Below, in pieces: positions 38,919-47,752 of a DNA stretch of 64,000 nucleotides. A program made the position numbers and the translations under genes. This DNA is from an uncultured Bacteroidota bacterium. Its GTDB lineage: Bacteria; Bacteroidota; Bacteroidia; Flavobacteriales; Flavobacteriaceae. The stretch lies in contig CACEGG010000002.1 in the NCBI GenBank assembly GCA_902559035.1, forward strand, positions 51,846-115,845, written 5' to 3'. The notes under the pieces are model-generated. The model did not search any database and was not told the DNA's origin. It worked only from the letters and a program-made list of their open reading frames with translations. Positions within the stretch are counted from its first letter, which is position 1. Each line of letters starts with the position of its first letter.

Positions 38919-40790
38919 ATGTTTAAAGATCAATATGATGTTATTGTTGTTGGTGCTGGTCATGCTGGCTCAGAGGCTGCTGCAGCGGCCGCCAACATGG
39001 GCAGCAAAACTTTGTTGGTTACAATGAACCTTCAAAATATCGCACAAATGTCTTGTAACCCAGCGATGGGTGGAATTGCAAAAGGACAAATTGTAAGAGA
39101 AATTGACGCTATTGGAGGGTATAGCGGAATTGTTACTGACGTTTCAGCGGTTCAGTTTAAAATGCTTAACAAATCAAAAGGGCCTGCCATGTGGAGCCCA
39201 AGAGCACAATCCGACAGAATGCGTTTTGCAGAATCATGGAGAGGCTTGTTAGAACAAACACCTAATTTAGATTTTTATCAAGAAATGGTTTCTGGTCTCC
39301 TTGTTGCGGGAACTAAAATTGTTGGTGTTAAAACCTCTCTTGGTTTAGAGATAAAGTCTCGCGCGGTTATATTAACAAACGGCACCTTTTTGAATGGACT
39401 GATACATATTGGCGAAAAACAATTTGGCGGAGGTCGTGCAGGTGAAAAAGCCTCTTTCGGCATAACAGAAGCGCTAACCGCAAAAGGTTTTGTTTCTGGA
39501 AGAATGAAAACAGGAACACCACCAAGAGTTGACGGCAGATCTTTAGATTACACCCTGATGACTCCCCAACCTGGCGACAAAAAACCCCTTAAGTTTTCTT
39601 ACTCAAATATAACTAAGCCTCTTTCCAAACAGCTTGATTGTCACATGACTTACACAAGCCCAATGGTTCATGACCTTTTAAGGGAGGGGTTTGATAGGTC
39701 TCCTATGTTTAATGGCTCTATAAATAGCATTGGCCCAAGGTATTGCCCTTCAATTGAAGACAAAATCAATCGTTTTTCTGAAAAAGATCGTCACCAGATT
39801 TTTGTTGAGCCCGAAGGCTGGAACACTGTAGAGGTTTATGTTAATGGCTTTTCAACCTCTCTTCCCGAAGACATTCAGTACAAGGCCTTAAAGTCCGTGG
39901 CAGGTTTTGAAAACGTTAAGTTTTTTAGGCCAGGATACGCAATTGAATACGATTACTTCCCTCCAACACAATTAAAAAGCTCTTTAGAAACAAAGCCTAT
40001 TTCTGGGCTGTTTTTTGCTGGCCAAATAAACGGCACAACAGGATATGAGGAAGCTGCGGCTCAAGGACTTATGGCTGGAATTAATGCACATTTATGTATA
40101 AACGACAAAGATCCCTTTGTCCTTAAAAGAGATGAAGCTTATATTGGGGTTTTAATCGATGATCTTATCACTAAAGGGACCGAGGAACCCTATAGAATGT
40201 TTACCTCTCGTGCTGAATATAGAACTTTACTTAGACAAGATAACGCTGATCTGAGGCTAACAGAAAGATCCTATAGTTTGGGTCTTGCAGATGACAAAAG
40301 ACTTTTTAATGTAGAAAACAAAAAGAAATCCACAGACTCATTTGTTTCTTTTTTCAAAAAAACTAGCGTTAAGCCTGATGAAATTAACCCCGTTTTGGCC
40401 AAAAAGAAATCCTCAAAAATTTCACAATCTGTAAAGCTGTATAAGATTTTTTCAAGACCCAATTTGTCTATGGACGACATGCTCAAAATAGTATCCGTAA
40501 AAGAGTTTGTTCTTAACAACAAACCTAGTTTAGATGTTTTTGAACAAACTGAGGTACAGGTGAAGTATTCGGGATATATAGAAAAAGAGAAAGCAAATGC
40601 TAAAAAATTAAACAACTTAGAAAACATAAAAATCCCTACAACCTTTGAGTACTCTAAAGTTCACTCCCTGTCATCAGAAGCTGTTCAAAAGCTCAACAAA
40701 ATTAAACCCACAACACTTTCTCAAGCCTCTCGAATAAGCGGAGTCTCTCCAAACGACATAAGTGTTTTGATGGTTTATATGGGCAGGTAA
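38919..40790 (+). CDS. mnmG: tRNA uridine-5-carboxymethylaminomethyl modification enzyme MnmG (GidA)
   Basis: YDVIVVGAGHAGSEAA FAD motif, the GPRYCPSIEDK motif, and 623 aa. Confidence 0.95.
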   Translation: MFKDQYDVIVVGAGHAGSEAAAAAANMGSKTLLVTMNLQNIAQMSCNPAMGGIAKGQIVREIDAIGGYSGIVTDVSAVQFKMLNKSKGPAMWSPRAQSDRMRFAESWRGLLEQTPNLDFYQEMVSGLLVAGTKIVGVKTSLGLEIKSRAVILTNGTFLNGLIHIGEKQFGGGRAGEKASFGITEALTAKGFVSGRMKTGTPPRVDGRSLDYTLMTPQPGDKKPLKFSYSNITKPLSKQLDCHMTYTSPMVHDLLREGFDRSPMFNGSINSIGPRYCPSIEDKINRFSEKDRHQIFVEPEGWNTVEVYVNGFSTSLPEDIQYKALKSVAGFENVKFFRPGYAIEYDYFPPTQLKSSLETKPISGLFFAGQINGTTGYEEAAAQGLMAGINAHLCINDKDPFVLKRDEAYIGVLIDDLITKGTEEPYRMFTSRAEYRTLLRQDNADLRLTERSYSLGLADDKRLFNVENKKKSTDSFVSFFKKTSVKPDEINPVLAKKKSSKISQSVKLYKIFSRPNLSMDDMLKIVSVKEFVLNNKPSLDVFEQTEVQVKYSGYIEKEKANAKKLNNLENIKIPTTFEYSKVHSLSSEAVQKLNKIKPTTLSQASRISGVSPNDISVLMVYMGR

Positions 40791-40791
40791 A

Positions 40792-40807
40792 TGTTCCACG
40801 TGGAACA
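40792..40807. other. parS centromere-like site (TGTTCCACGTGGAACA), perfect 16-bp palindrome directly after the mnmG stop
   Basis: Perfect palindrome matching the parS consensus. The 19-nt string GTTCCACGTGGAACAATAA is identical to 38898-38916. Confidence 0.85.
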
Positions 40808-40828
40808 ATAAAAAACAAACAAATATCA

Positions 40829-41641
40829 ATGGAAGTTATTGATCATTTTCTATCTAAAAAAAAGTTCACGGTTCAGCCCTCTATTCGTAGAGGTGTTTTA
40901 GAAACCGTGCCCAGGCCGTCTTCGAAAGATTTACCCAAATATTATAAATCCAAAGAATATCTTTCTCACAATAAAAATGGTTCTTTTTTTTCTAAACTGT
41001 ATTCTCTTGCCAAAAGATTGAATTTTTTTCTAAAACTAAAACACTTAAGAAAACACTCTTCGTCATTAAACACACTTCTAGATTTTGGTTCCGGTGACGG
41101 ATTTTTTATAACGGAATTAAATAAAAAAAGAATAGACGCTCACGGTTATGAACCTTTTTTTGCTTCAAAAGCTGCTAACACTTATAAAGAGAAGGGCTTG
41201 CTTTTAAGCTTTGACAAAGCTCACTTTGATGTTATAACCATGTGGCACTCACTAGAGCACGTAGAGTCCTATTCTGAAACAATATCTTTTTTAAAACCAC
41301 TAATTAAAGATAATGGGCTTCTTGTCGTCGCATGTCCAAATTTTCAATCTTGGGAAGCAAGTTATTATAAAGAGTTCTGGGCGGGGTATGATGTTCCAAG
41401 ACACCTGTGGCATTTTTCAGCTAATGGACTAGTAAGTTATTTAGAAGAGAGTGGTTTTTTGTTAATTAAACAAAAACCCATGTATATGGATTCTTTTTAT
41501 GTTTGTATGCTTTCAGAAAAATACAAAGGCTCGAAGCTGTGGTTTTTAAAAGGTCTTTGTGTTGGGCTATGTTCAAATTTTGTTTCTTTTTTTACAAAAT
41601 CTTTCTCTTCTACCATGTTTGTCTTCAAAAATCAAATTTAA
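40829..41641 (+). CDS. class I SAM-dependent methyltransferase
   Basis: Motif I LLDFGSGDGFF and post-I/II spacing typical of Methyltransf_11/23. Confidence 0.7.
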   Translation: MEVIDHFLSKKKFTVQPSIRRGVLETVPRPSSKDLPKYYKSKEYLSHNKNGSFFSKLYSLAKRLNFFLKLKHLRKHSSSLNTLLDFGSGDGFFITELNKKRIDAHGYEPFFASKAANTYKEKGLLLSFDKAHFDVITMWHSLEHVESYSETISFLKPLIKDNGLLVVACPNFQSWEASYYKEFWAGYDVPRHLWHFSANGLVSYLEESGFLLIKQKPMYMDSFYVCMLSEKYKGSKLWFLKGLCVGLCSNFVSFFTKSFSSTMFVFKNQI

Positions 41642-41776
41642 GCGAGTTTAAGAGCGTGTAATTGGTTGGGCAACCCCAAAGGCTTTTGGCAATAAGACGG
41701 GCTGCTAAAACCCCGCTCGTTTTTAACTACTAAACATAGTTTTTGATTATAAAAAAAACTAAACAATAAGAAAAGG

Positions 41777-42895
41777 CTATTGTATAAGCCGTGTTAGTTT
41801 TAACGACAGGTCCATAAAAATTATATTAGGATTTCCGTTTGCTTTTATTGACGTGATAGCGTCTTCTAGTTCGTTGTAAATTTCTTCAATATTGTCACCG
41901 TTTACATATTGTGAAAAGGACTCGAAATTAATATCAGTCTTTGGCTGAAATGTAACAAGAGAGTTTAAGTCATAGTTTTTTAACAAAGCATTTCTAAAAA
42001 CCGTAAGGCTAAACATTAAAAAACTTTTTTGAACCTCTCTTCCTGTTTTTGAAATTGTTTTGCTCCAATTAACCAGCTGTAGTACCTCCTCTTTATTATG
42101 CCTAACTTTAAAAGCAGTTCTTAGCCAGTTTAAAAACCACTCTTCAAAGTTTTTTTCTTTTTCATTATCATAAACATTCTTTATGGCGCGCCGTAGATTT
42201 CCGTCTGAATTAATAGCGGTGTTTTTTGCTTTAGAACTCTCTACGCCTTTTTTTATTAAATAAGACTCAATCTCGTTACTTGATATTGGTTGAAGTTTAG
42301 AAATTTGACACCTCGAAACAATCGTATCAAGAAGCGCACCCTCTCTCTCACAAACAAAAATAAACAGAGTGTTTTTTGGCGGCTCTTCAATTAGTTTTAA
42401 AAGTTTATTGGCAGCAATTTGATTTAGTTTTTCCGCCATCCATATGACCGCAACCTTCCATCCGCCCTCATATGATTTTAGTGACATTTTTTTTACTAAA
42501 TCTTCAACGTCATCTGTTCCTATTTTTCCTTGTTTGTTTTCAACTCCAAGCTTCAAGTACCAATCGAAAAGGTTGCCGTAAGGCTCACCTCCAATAAACT
42601 CCCTCCATTCCTTCATAAATAAAACAGAGGACGCCTTGGACTTTATGTCTTTGTTTGCTGCTGTAGGAAATAAAAAATGTAGGTCGGGATGTTTTAATTC
42701 ACTTAACTTATAGCTTGTTTTTTCAGAGTTTAGGTTGTTTTCAATAACTAATCGAGCAAAAGCAATTGATAGAGGAAGTCCACCCGAACCCTCTGGCGAA
42801 ATAAAAAGCTGAGAATGAGCAACTCTCCCTTGTTCATGACTTTTTTTTAGCTCTTGTTTTAAAGAGTTTTGTCCAATAACATTGTTAAACAACAT
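41777..42895 (-). CDS. holB: DNA polymerase III subunit delta'
   Basis: GRVAHSQLFISPEGSGGLPLSIAFA (degenerate P-loop typical of delta'), LKLIEEPP, and TIVSRCQ sensor motifs. Confidence 0.8.
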   Translation of the reverse strand: MLFNNVIGQNSLKQELKKSHEQGRVAHSQLFISPEGSGGLPLSIAFARLVIENNLNSEKTSYKLSELKHPDLHFLFPTAANKDIKSKASSVLFMKEWREFIGGEPYGNLFDWYLKLGVENKQGKIGTDDVEDLVKKMSLKSYEGGWKVAVIWMAEKLNQIAANKLLKLIEEPPKNTLFIFVCEREGALLDTIVSRCQISKLQPISSNEIESYLIKKGVESSKAKNTAINSDGNLRRAIKNVYDNEKEKNFEEWFLNWLRTAFKVRHNKEEVLQLVNWSKTISKTGREVQKSFLMFSLTVFRNALLKNYDLNSLVTFQPKTDINFESFSQYVNGDNIEEIYNELEDAITSIKANGNPNIIFMDLSLKLTRLIQ

Positions 42896-42899
42896 CCTT

Positions 42900-42907
42900 C
42901 AAAGATA
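42900..42907 (-). promoter_or_regulatory. -7 box (TATCTTTG) 4 nt from the holB ATG
   Basis: The minus strand reads TATCTTTG-AAGG-ATG. Confidence 0.5.
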
Positions 42908-42939
42908 AAAGATTAAAGTTTAAATAAACCAGAAATACA

Positions 42940-42947
42940 TATCTTTG
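42940..42947 (+). promoter_or_regulatory. -7 box (TATCTTTG) for pgk
   Basis: Matches TAnnTTTG, 17 nt upstream of the ATG at 42965. Confidence 0.45.
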
Positions 42948-42964
42948 ACCACCAATATTTATGT

Positions 42965-44152
42965 ATGAATTCTATTTATCAAAACGACTTTAAAAACCAA
43001 AAAGTATTAATAAGGGTAGACTTTAACGTTCCTTTAAGTAATAAAAAAGTAGTCATGGATAATTCCAGAATTGTTGCTGCAAAAAAAACAATTGATAAAA
43101 TTTTAAAAGATGGAGGAACACCTATTCTTATGTCTCATTTAGGCAGGCCAAAAGGAAATGACCCTGAATTCTCTCTCTCGCATATTGTAAAAGAGGTAGA
43201 AAGAGTCCTAGGAGTTAAAATAAAATTCACTAATGAGGTTTTAGGCGAAAAAACTACTGTTATTGTTAAAAAGAGTGGTCCGGGAGAAATAGTTTTGTTA
43301 GAAAACTTAAGGTTTTGTCCTGAGGAAAAGAATGGAGACTTGAAGTTTGCGGAAGAACTATCCAAGCTTGGTGACAGTTATATTAATGATGCTTTTGGAA
43401 CCGCCCATAGAGCTCACGCCTCAACTAGCATTATTGCGTCTTTTTTTCCTAAAAACAAATTTGCTGGAGAGTTGCTTTTAAAAGAAGTAGAGTCGATTCA
43501 TAAAGTGATGAATACTGGAAAAAAACCTGTTTTAGGAATATTAGGAGGGGCAAAAGTTTCTTCAAAAATCACAATAATTAATAATATAATGGACAAGGTT
43601 GACAAGCTTATTATTGGCGGAGGAATGGCCTTTACGTTTATAAAAGCTCAAGGTGGACACATAGGAGATTCAATATGTGAAGACGATAAAACATCCTTGG
43701 CATTATCAATTTTGGAAAAAGCAAAAGAAAAAAAGGTTGAGATTTATCTCCCAAATGATGTGGTTTGTGCCAATGAGTTCTCAAATGAAGCAGAAACACA
43801 AATTTTTTCAATAAATAATATTCCAAGCGGCTGGCAAGGAATGGATGCCGGGCCAAGCTCTTTGTCAAACTTTGAAGAGGCTATCATGTCAAGCAAAACC
43901 ATTTTATGGAACGGTCCCGTAGGGGTTTTTGAAATGGAAAATTTTTCTAAAGGAACCATTGAATTAGGAGAATATATTTCCAAGAGTACAAAACTCGGTG
44001 CCTTTTCACTTGTTGGAGGGGGAGATTCTGTGGCTGCAGTTAAACAGTTTAATTTTCAAGACAAGGTTAGTTATGTTTCTACTGGAGGAGGAGCAATGTT
44101 AGAAAGCTTAGAAGGAAAAACGCTTCCAGGAATAAAAGCATTAACCCAATAA
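42965..44152 (+). CDS. pgk: phosphoglycerate kinase
   Basis: RVDFNVPL, SHLGRPKG, NDAFGTAHRAHAS and STGGGA motifs. Confidence 0.95.
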   Translation: MNSIYQNDFKNQKVLIRVDFNVPLSNKKVVMDNSRIVAAKKTIDKILKDGGTPILMSHLGRPKGNDPEFSLSHIVKEVERVLGVKIKFTNEVLGEKTTVIVKKSGPGEIVLLENLRFCPEEKNGDLKFAEELSKLGDSYINDAFGTAHRAHASTSIIASFFPKNKFAGELLLKEVESIHKVMNTGKKPVLGILGGAKVSSKITIINNIMDKVDKLIIGGGMAFTFIKAQGGHIGDSICEDDKTSLALSILEKAKEKKVEIYLPNDVVCANEFSNEAETQIFSINNIPSGWQGMDAGPSSLSNFEEAIMSSKTILWNGPVGVFEMENFSKGTIELGEYISKSTKLGAFSLVGGGDSVAAVKQFNFQDKVSYVSTGGGAMLESLEGKTLPGIKALTQ

Positions 44153-44154
44153 AA

Positions 44155-45111
44155 ATGAAACAGATTGTCTACATAGTAGTTGTATTATTTTTCATAGCTT
44201 GTGAAAATTCTTCAAACAGTTACAAGCCTAAATCAAGTGGAAATATTCATACAGTTTCGGTAGTAATAGAGGATAATTTATGGAAAGGTTCAATTGGAAA
44301 TCAAATAAGAAACCTTTTTTCTTCTGAATTTGAAGGGCTTCCACAGCAAGAGCCAATGTTTTCTTTAATTCATATTCCCACCAAAGTATTTGCAGATTTT
44401 GCTAGGGAAGGGAGGAACATAATACAGGTTTCAAAAAGCAATATTGATACGGCATTTATTACCAAAAACAAATACGCTGCCCCTCAAATAGTTTTGAGCG
44501 TTAAAGGAAAATCAAGTAAAAAGATAATCGAACAACTAAATAGTATCTCAACTAAAGCAAAAACAGTCTTTACAAAAAACGAAATAAGAGAAAAACAAAA
44601 AAGAATAAAAAAGTCTGTTTTAAAAACCGACGAATTTAAAGCTGTGGGGATTGGACTAACCCTACCTTCTGCATATAAGCTTTTCAAAAAGGATGAGCAA
44701 AACAAACTCTGGTTTCAAAGAGAAACAAAGAAAGGTAGCGTTAACATATTAGTCTATAATATGCCGTTAAGTTCAGGAAAAACAGATCTGGAGAGAATTA
44801 TTAAAATTAGGGATTCTATTGGGAAAGAGTTTGTGCCAGGAAGAAATGAAGGCTCATATATAGTTACAGAAAAAGCGTATCGACCGTTTTATAAAAAAAC
44901 TAAAATCAAAAATAATGACGCCTATGAAACAAAAGGCACCTGGGAAGTTGTTAACGACTATATGGCGGGACCTTTTTTAAATTATTATATAGAAGATGCG
45001 AAAAATAATAGAGCTCTTGTTATCGAGGGGTTTGTTTTTTCTCCTTCAGATAGAAAAAGAGAATATATGGTAGAAATAGCAGCAATTATAAAATCGCTTG
45101 TGATTCTATAA
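44155..45111 (+). CDS. hypothetical lipoprotein (possibly DUF4837-like)
   Basis: Lipobox VVLFFIAC|ENS. No catalytic motif recognised. Confidence 0.5.
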   Translation: MKQIVYIVVVLFFIACENSSNSYKPKSSGNIHTVSVVIEDNLWKGSIGNQIRNLFSSEFEGLPQQEPMFSLIHIPTKVFADFAREGRNIIQVSKSNIDTAFITKNKYAAPQIVLSVKGKSSKKIIEQLNSISTKAKTVFTKNEIREKQKRIKKSVLKTDEFKAVGIGLTLPSAYKLFKKDEQNKLWFQRETKKGSVNILVYNMPLSSGKTDLERIIKIRDSIGKEFVPGRNEGSYIVTEKAYRPFYKKTKIKNNDAYETKGTWEVVNDYMAGPFLNYYIEDAKNNRALVIEGFVFSPSDRKREYMVEIAAIIKSLVIL

Positions 45112-45114
45112 AAA

Positions 45115-45303
45115 CTATTCTTCTTTTTTAGACTCTTCAATTGAATCTTCTTCTTTTACCCCCTTTTTAAATTCTTTTATTCCAGATCCAAGGCCTTTCA
45201 TTAACTCAGGGATTTTTTTTCCACCAAAAAACAAAAGAACTAGAACAACAATAATTGCAATTTGACCAGGGCCGATCGCTAAAAATAAATTTGATAAAAT
45301 CAT
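45115..45303 (-). CDS. tatA: twin-arginine translocase TatA/TatE subunit
   Basis: [47 protein letters not shown] is a canonical TatA TM plus amphipathic helix. The start is taken at this Met rather than at ORF start 45354. Confidence 0.85.
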   Translation of the reverse strand: MILSNLFLAIGPGQIAIIVVLVLLFFGGKKIPELMKGLGSGIKEFKKGVKEEDSIEESKKEE

Positions 45304-45396
45304 TGTAATTTTTTCTACTAAAGTAAAAAGAAAAATATAAAAACACTCTAACAATGTCTTTAAATAATATTATAGACTCTTCACTATATTAGCTAA

Positions 45397-46254
45397 GTGA
45401 AAGAAAATGCAAAAAAACCATTTAAACAAAGGCTTTTAAACAAGTATAGGCTTGTTGTTTTAAATGAAGAGACCTACGAAGAAAGAATATCTTATAAACT
45501 AAACAAGCTTAATATTTTTTTATTAATTGCTTTTGCATCCACCATCTTAATAATGACAACCATAGTTTTAATTGTATATACTCCAATTAAAGAATATATT
45601 CCAGGCTACGACTCTACTGTTTTAAGGCAAACGGCCGTGCGAAACATAGAAACATTAGATTCTTTAGAAAGGGTAATTCAAAAGAACCAAACATTTATAA
45701 ATTCTGTTGGGTCAGTTATTTTAGGAGAAGTGTCTCAAGAGGAGCTTTTAAGAGAAAGTAATATTGCAAGAATAGACATTTCTGAACTTCAATTTAAAAC
45801 AAATATTGAAGACTCTTTACTAAGAAATTTTGTTGAGAAAGAAGACAGGTTTAATACTCTTGAAAGCGCTGCATCCAAAGTAGAATATGTTTTGTTTAGC
45901 CCTATTCAAGGACAAATTTCATCATTGTTTGACCCAGGTCAAAAACATTTTGGAGTAGATGTCCCTGCTAAAACTAATACTCCGGTAAAAGCTATTTCAG
46001 ACGGGAGGGTTCTTTTTTCTGAATGGACAATTGACACGGGATTTGTTTTAATAATTGAGCATTCTTTCAATTTAATCAGTGTTTATAAGCATAATTCTTT
46101 GGGGCTTTCTAGTCAGGGAGATTTTGTTAAAGCAGGCCAAGCAATTGCGCTTTCAGGCAATACAGGGGAATTGAGCACAGGGCCACATTTACATTTTGAG
46201 CTTTGGAACGACGGGAATCCAGTAGACCCTTTAGAATACATAAGTTTTGAGTAG
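45397..46254 (+). CDS. M23 family metallopeptidase (membrane anchored)
   Basis: N-terminal TM, HFGVDV and GPHLHFEL zinc motifs. GTG start. Confidence 0.8.
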   Translation: MKENAKKPFKQRLLNKYRLVVLNEETYEERISYKLNKLNIFLLIAFASTILIMTTIVLIVYTPIKEYIPGYDSTVLRQTAVRNIETLDSLERVIQKNQTFINSVGSVILGEVSQEELLRESNIARIDISELQFKTNIEDSLLRNFVEKEDRFNTLESAASKVEYVLFSPIQGQISSLFDPGQKHFGVDVPAKTNTPVKAISDGRVLFSEWTIDTGFVLIIEHSFNLISVYKHNSLGLSSQGDFVKAGQAIALSGNTGELSTGPHLHFELWNDGNPVDPLEYISFE

Positions 46255-47752
46255 TTTAAAAGAAAAAGTAGCTAAAGTTTATGCAAGATATGTTGTTTGG
46301 AAAACAACAAAATGGGCTGCATATCCACATAAAACTCAAAAGAAAGTTTTCAAAAAACTATTAGCTAAAGGAAAAAAAACACGCTTTGGCAAAGAGCATT
46401 CCTTTGGAAAAATTATAAATTATGAAGACTTTTCTAAACAAGTTCCAGTAAGAGATTATGAAGGGTTAAAAAAATACATCAAATTAATAACAGATGGAGA
46501 AAAAGATGTTTTATGGCCAGGAAGGCCAATTTACTTTGCCAAAACATCAGGGACTACGTCTGGCGAAAAACTCATTCCCATATCCAAAGAATCAATGCCT
46601 TATCATGTGAAAGGGTCTGTTGAGGCAACAATGCACTATATCAACGAAACCTCTAACACGAGTTTTTTAAACAAAAAAATTATTTTTTTACAAGGAAGCC
46701 CAGTCCTTGAAGAAATAAAAAGGATCAGAACAGGGCGCCTTTCGGGAATTGTTGCTCACTATACACCGTCTTTTTTAAAAAAAAACACAATGCCTTCTTG
46801 GGAAACAAACTGTATTGAGGATTGGGAAAAAAAAGTTTTAGAGATTTCTAAAGAGACCCTTAAAGAAGATATGGCTGCAATAGGAGGAATCCCCCCTTGG
46901 GTGATTATGTATTTTGAAAAACTACTTGATATTACTGGAAAAAAAACCATAAAACAGATTTTTCCAAATTTTAGCCTTTTTGTTTACGGAGGCGTTAATT
47001 ATAGCCCATACAAAGAATCTTTTAGACAGTTAATAGGCGAGGAAATTGATAGCATTGAATATTATCCGGCATCCGAGGGTTTTTTTGCATACCAAGATTC
47101 ACAAAAAAATAAAGGGCTTTTGCTACAGCTCAACTCGGGGATATTTTACGAGTTTATTGAAATTGAGGAGATGAAGAAGAATTGTCCCAAACGTTTAACG
47201 ATTAATGAGGTTGAAAAAGAAACAAATTATGTTTTAGTAGTGTCAACAAATGCAGGGTTATGGGGATATAATACGGGAGATACTGTAGAATTCACATCTC
47301 TTGTCCCTGCTCGAGTTAAGGTTACAGGAAGATATAAGCATTTTATTTCAGCATTTGGAGAACACGTAATTGGAAGCGAGGTTGAAAAAGCATTAAAAGA
47401 GACGTTTGTTAATCAAAAAACGTCCTTAAAAGAGTTTACGGTAGCTCCAAAGGTAAATCCAAAAAAAGGCTTGCCTTTTCACCAGTGGTGGATAGAGTTT
47501 GACCAGGAGGTTTCCTCAGAAAAAATTAAAAAAATAGAAAAAGAACTAGATAGCAATTTACAAAGTTTAAATAGCTATTATAAAGACCTAGTACAAGGAA
47601 AAGTATTAAAGCCACTGGAGATAGTTGTTGTAAAAAAAGGAGGGTTTAAAAGTTATATGGAAAGCATTGGGAAATTGGGCGGTCAAAACAAACTTCCTCG
47701 GCTGTCTAATGATAGAAAAATTGTAGATCAATTGATTAATTATACAGCGTAA
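46247..47752 (+). CDS. GH3 (auxin-responsive promoter) family acyl-acid amido synthetase-like protein
   Basis: FAKTSGTTSGEKLIP adenylation P-loop, YPASEGFFAYQD, and a YNTGD motif. About 500 aa. TTG start as tracked. Confidence 0.7.
   Translation: MSSLKEKVAKVYARYVVWKTTKWAAYPHKTQKKVFKKLLAKGKKTRFGKEHSFGKIINYEDFSKQVPVRDYEGLKKYIKLITDGEKDVLWPGRPIYFAKTSGTTSGEKLIPISKESMPYHVKGSVEATMHYINETSNTSFLNKKIIFLQGSPVLEEIKRIRTGRLSGIVAHYTPSFLKKNTMPSWETNCIEDWEKKVLEISKETLKEDMAAIGGIPPWVIMYFEKLLDITGKKTIKQIFPNFSLFVYGGVNYSPYKESFRQLIGEEIDSIEYYPASEGFFAYQDSQKNKGLLLQLNSGIFYEFIEIEEMKKNCPKRLTINEVEKETNYVLVVSTNAGLWGYNTGDTVEFTSLVPARVKVTGRYKHFISAFGEHVIGSEVEKALKETFVNQKTSLKEFTVAPKVNPKKGLPFHQWWIEFDQEVSSEKIKKIEKELDSNLQSLNSYYKDLVQGKVLKPLEIVVVKKGGFKSYMESIGKLGGQNKLPRLSNDRKIVDQLINYTA

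Noticed and set aside
40791-40811. Mini-ORF MFHVEQ* after mnmG as a real gene
   Set aside because: It is the coding-like reading of the parS palindrome plus the duplicated ybeY stop context. Six codons with no independent support.
41641-41725. SRP (4.5S) RNA
   Set aside because: Only the heptamer AGCAGCC (minus strand) resembles SRP domain IV. The GGAA tetraloop and the symmetric and asymmetric loop context are absent, so the region is left as an unclassified candidate.
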